Shown: one piece after another, positions 62,647 to 64,000 of the stretch
Position numbering within the stretch: the first letter of the stretch is position 1
How the letters are laid out: every line of letters begins with the position of its first letter
From: an uncultured Verrucomicrobiae bacterium
GTDB lineage: Bacteria > Verrucomicrobiota > Verrucomicrobiia > Opitutales > JABDGR01
Length of the DNA: 64,000 nt
Direction: 5' to 3'
NCBI GenBank assembly: GCA_963765205.1
Contig: CAVXVB010000009.1
Span: 448,001-512,000 of the forward strand
Program-made: the position numbers and the translations under genes
The notes under the pieces: generated by a model
What the model was told of the DNA's origin: nothing
What the model saw: only the letters and a program-made list of their open reading frames with translations
Database searches by the model: none

Positions 62647-63324
62647 CTAAGGGAATGCCCAATGCTTCAGCCATTTAATCAAAGAGGGTTCATGCAGAAG
62701 CGGCTCGATCGCACCCGCAGCCATTTCGCCCCAGAGCGGGACCATGCAAGTATCGAGGGCCGAGCGCGAACTGCCAGCCACATCCGAGGGCGGCCGGGTT
62801 ATGGCATTGAGGAAAATGCCGCAGGGCAGTTTTTTTGGAAATTTTTCCTGGGTATATTTCCAAACCAGCCGCGACTGGTTGATGGCCCCCAGTTCATCCG
62901 CCACGACGAGCACCATCGCGTTGGCGTGAACCTCCTCGGCGAACTCCACCCAATCCCAGCCCTGGGGGCCAAGCGGGACGGCGATGCCGCCGGCGCCTTC
63001 GATCAAGCGGATGTCCACCGGCGGCAAGACAGAAATTTCTTGGATAACTTCGTTGATCTTCAAAAACGCGCCGTCCGCCGCCGCGGCGGACGCCGGAGCC
63101 AGCGCCGCGCGATAACGCCGCAAGGTGTGCGCGCAATCCGGCGGAAGACCCGCCAGTTGGGACGCGATTTCGGCGTCAGTGGGTTCGCGCGGAGCCACCC
63201 CGGTTTGCACCGGTTTGATGATTTGCACCGAGCGGCCGTTGCGCGCCGCGACCCGGGCCAGCGCACCCGTCACCCGCGTCTTGCCGACGCCGGTGCCGGA
63301 GCCGGATACCATAATCGTCACCAC
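62647..63324 (-). CDS. bioD: Dethiobiotin synthase
   Basis: SGSGTGVGKT P-loop, KPVQTG, IEGAGG, LGAIN. Confidence 0.92.
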   Translation of the reverse strand: MVTIMVSGSGTGVGKTRVTGALARVAARNGRSVQIIKPVQTGVAPREPTDAEIASQLAGLPPDCAHTLRRYRAALAPASAAAADGAFLKINEVIQEISVLPPVDIRLIEGAGGIAVPLGPQGWDWVEFAEEVHANAMVLVVADELGAINQSRLVWKYTQEKFPKKLPCGIFLNAITRPPSDVAGSSRSALDTCMVPLWGEMAAGAIEPLLHEPSLIKWLKHWAFP

Positions 63325-63328
63325 GGGA

Positions 63329-64000
63329 TTAACGCGAGTTTGCGGGTTCGCAGGCGGCGGCTTGCAGTTGCCGCGTGGCCTCGGGGTCGAGGGCGTGCAG
63401 GCCGAGGCGGCGGAGGAGTTGGAAATCCTCCTCGGCGGCGGGGTTGGGTGTCGTCAGTAATTTCTCGCCGAGAAAAATCGAATTGGCGCCGGCGAGAAAG
63501 CACAGCGCCTGCGTCTCCGCGCTCATTTCCGTGCGGCCGGCGGAGAGGCGGACGATGGCCTTGGGCAGGGCGAGACGCGCGACTGCGATGATGCGCACGA
63601 ATTCAAACGCGTCCACCGGCGGGCGCTCGGCCAGCGGCGTGCCGGCCACGGGCACGAGCGCGTTGATCGGCACCGATTCCGGCTGCGGGTCGAGCGCGGC
63701 GAGTTCCGCCAGCATCTTGAGGCGGTCGTCCACGCTTTCGCCCAGGCCAAGGATGCCGCCGCAGCACACTTCGAGGCCCGCAACGCGCACGTTTTCGAGC
63801 GTTTGCAGGCGGTCGTCGTAGCAGCGCGTGGTGATGATTTGCGGGTAATACTCGCGCGAGGTGTCGAGGTTGTGGTTGTAAACGCGGCAGCCGGCGTCCT
63901 TCAAGCGCTCCGCCTGGTTTTGCGTCAACATGCCGAGCGTGCAGCAGACTTCGAGGCCCTGCTCGGAAACCCCGGCGACGGCGCGGAGCACGGAATCAAA
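63329..64000 (-). CDS. bioB: Biotin synthase, C-terminal part (5' end outside window)
   Basis: [50 protein letters not shown]. Confidence 0.95.
   Translation of the reverse strand, partial: FDSVLRAVAGVSEQGLEVCCTLGMLTQNQAERLKDAGCRVYNHNLDTSREYYPQIITTRCYDDRLQTLENVRVAGLEVCCGGILGLGESVDDRLKMLAELAALDPQPESVPINALVPVAGTPLAERPPVDAFEFVRIIAVARLALPKAIVRLSAGRTEMSAETQALCFLAGANSIFLGEKLLTTPNPAAEEDFQLLRRLGLHALDPEATRQLQAAACEPANSR

Overview
High-GC bacterial chromosome segment, most likely Verrucomicrobiota/Opitutales-like (inferred from PEP-CTERM proteins, an EpsI-family gene, an extended ECF sigma and a K/A/P-rich DksA). 1-13.9 kb is the end of a surface-polysaccharide locus: wecC, heparinase II/III-like, GT4, Pgl-like C/D/E/F genes, a FemAB/GNAT protein and an ACP-FabH-ACP-FkbH module. 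After it come two FKBP PPIases, fcl, an SPFH pair, tRNA-Val-ilvN-ilvC, two divergent PEP-CTERM genes, ileS-dksA-lspA, glnA, a CHASE2 adenylate cyclase, mreBCD-mrdA and bioBDF-esterase-bioC. Most notable: the 3' end of ilvC occurs at least three times (27179, 26920, 22400). The displaced tails bracket a 4.7-kb stack of accessory genes (small ORF, nucleotidyl-cyclase-like gene, membrane protein, ECF sigma), with no integrase in the window. Two complete IS5-family elements each interrupt a low-GC accessory gene whose frame can be rebuilt exactly. Degenerate 7-10-nt repeat arrays, often as inverted pairs, recur in intergenic regions. Five single-base frameshifts are probably sequencing errors. All alignments and counts were done by eye; no database searches were run.
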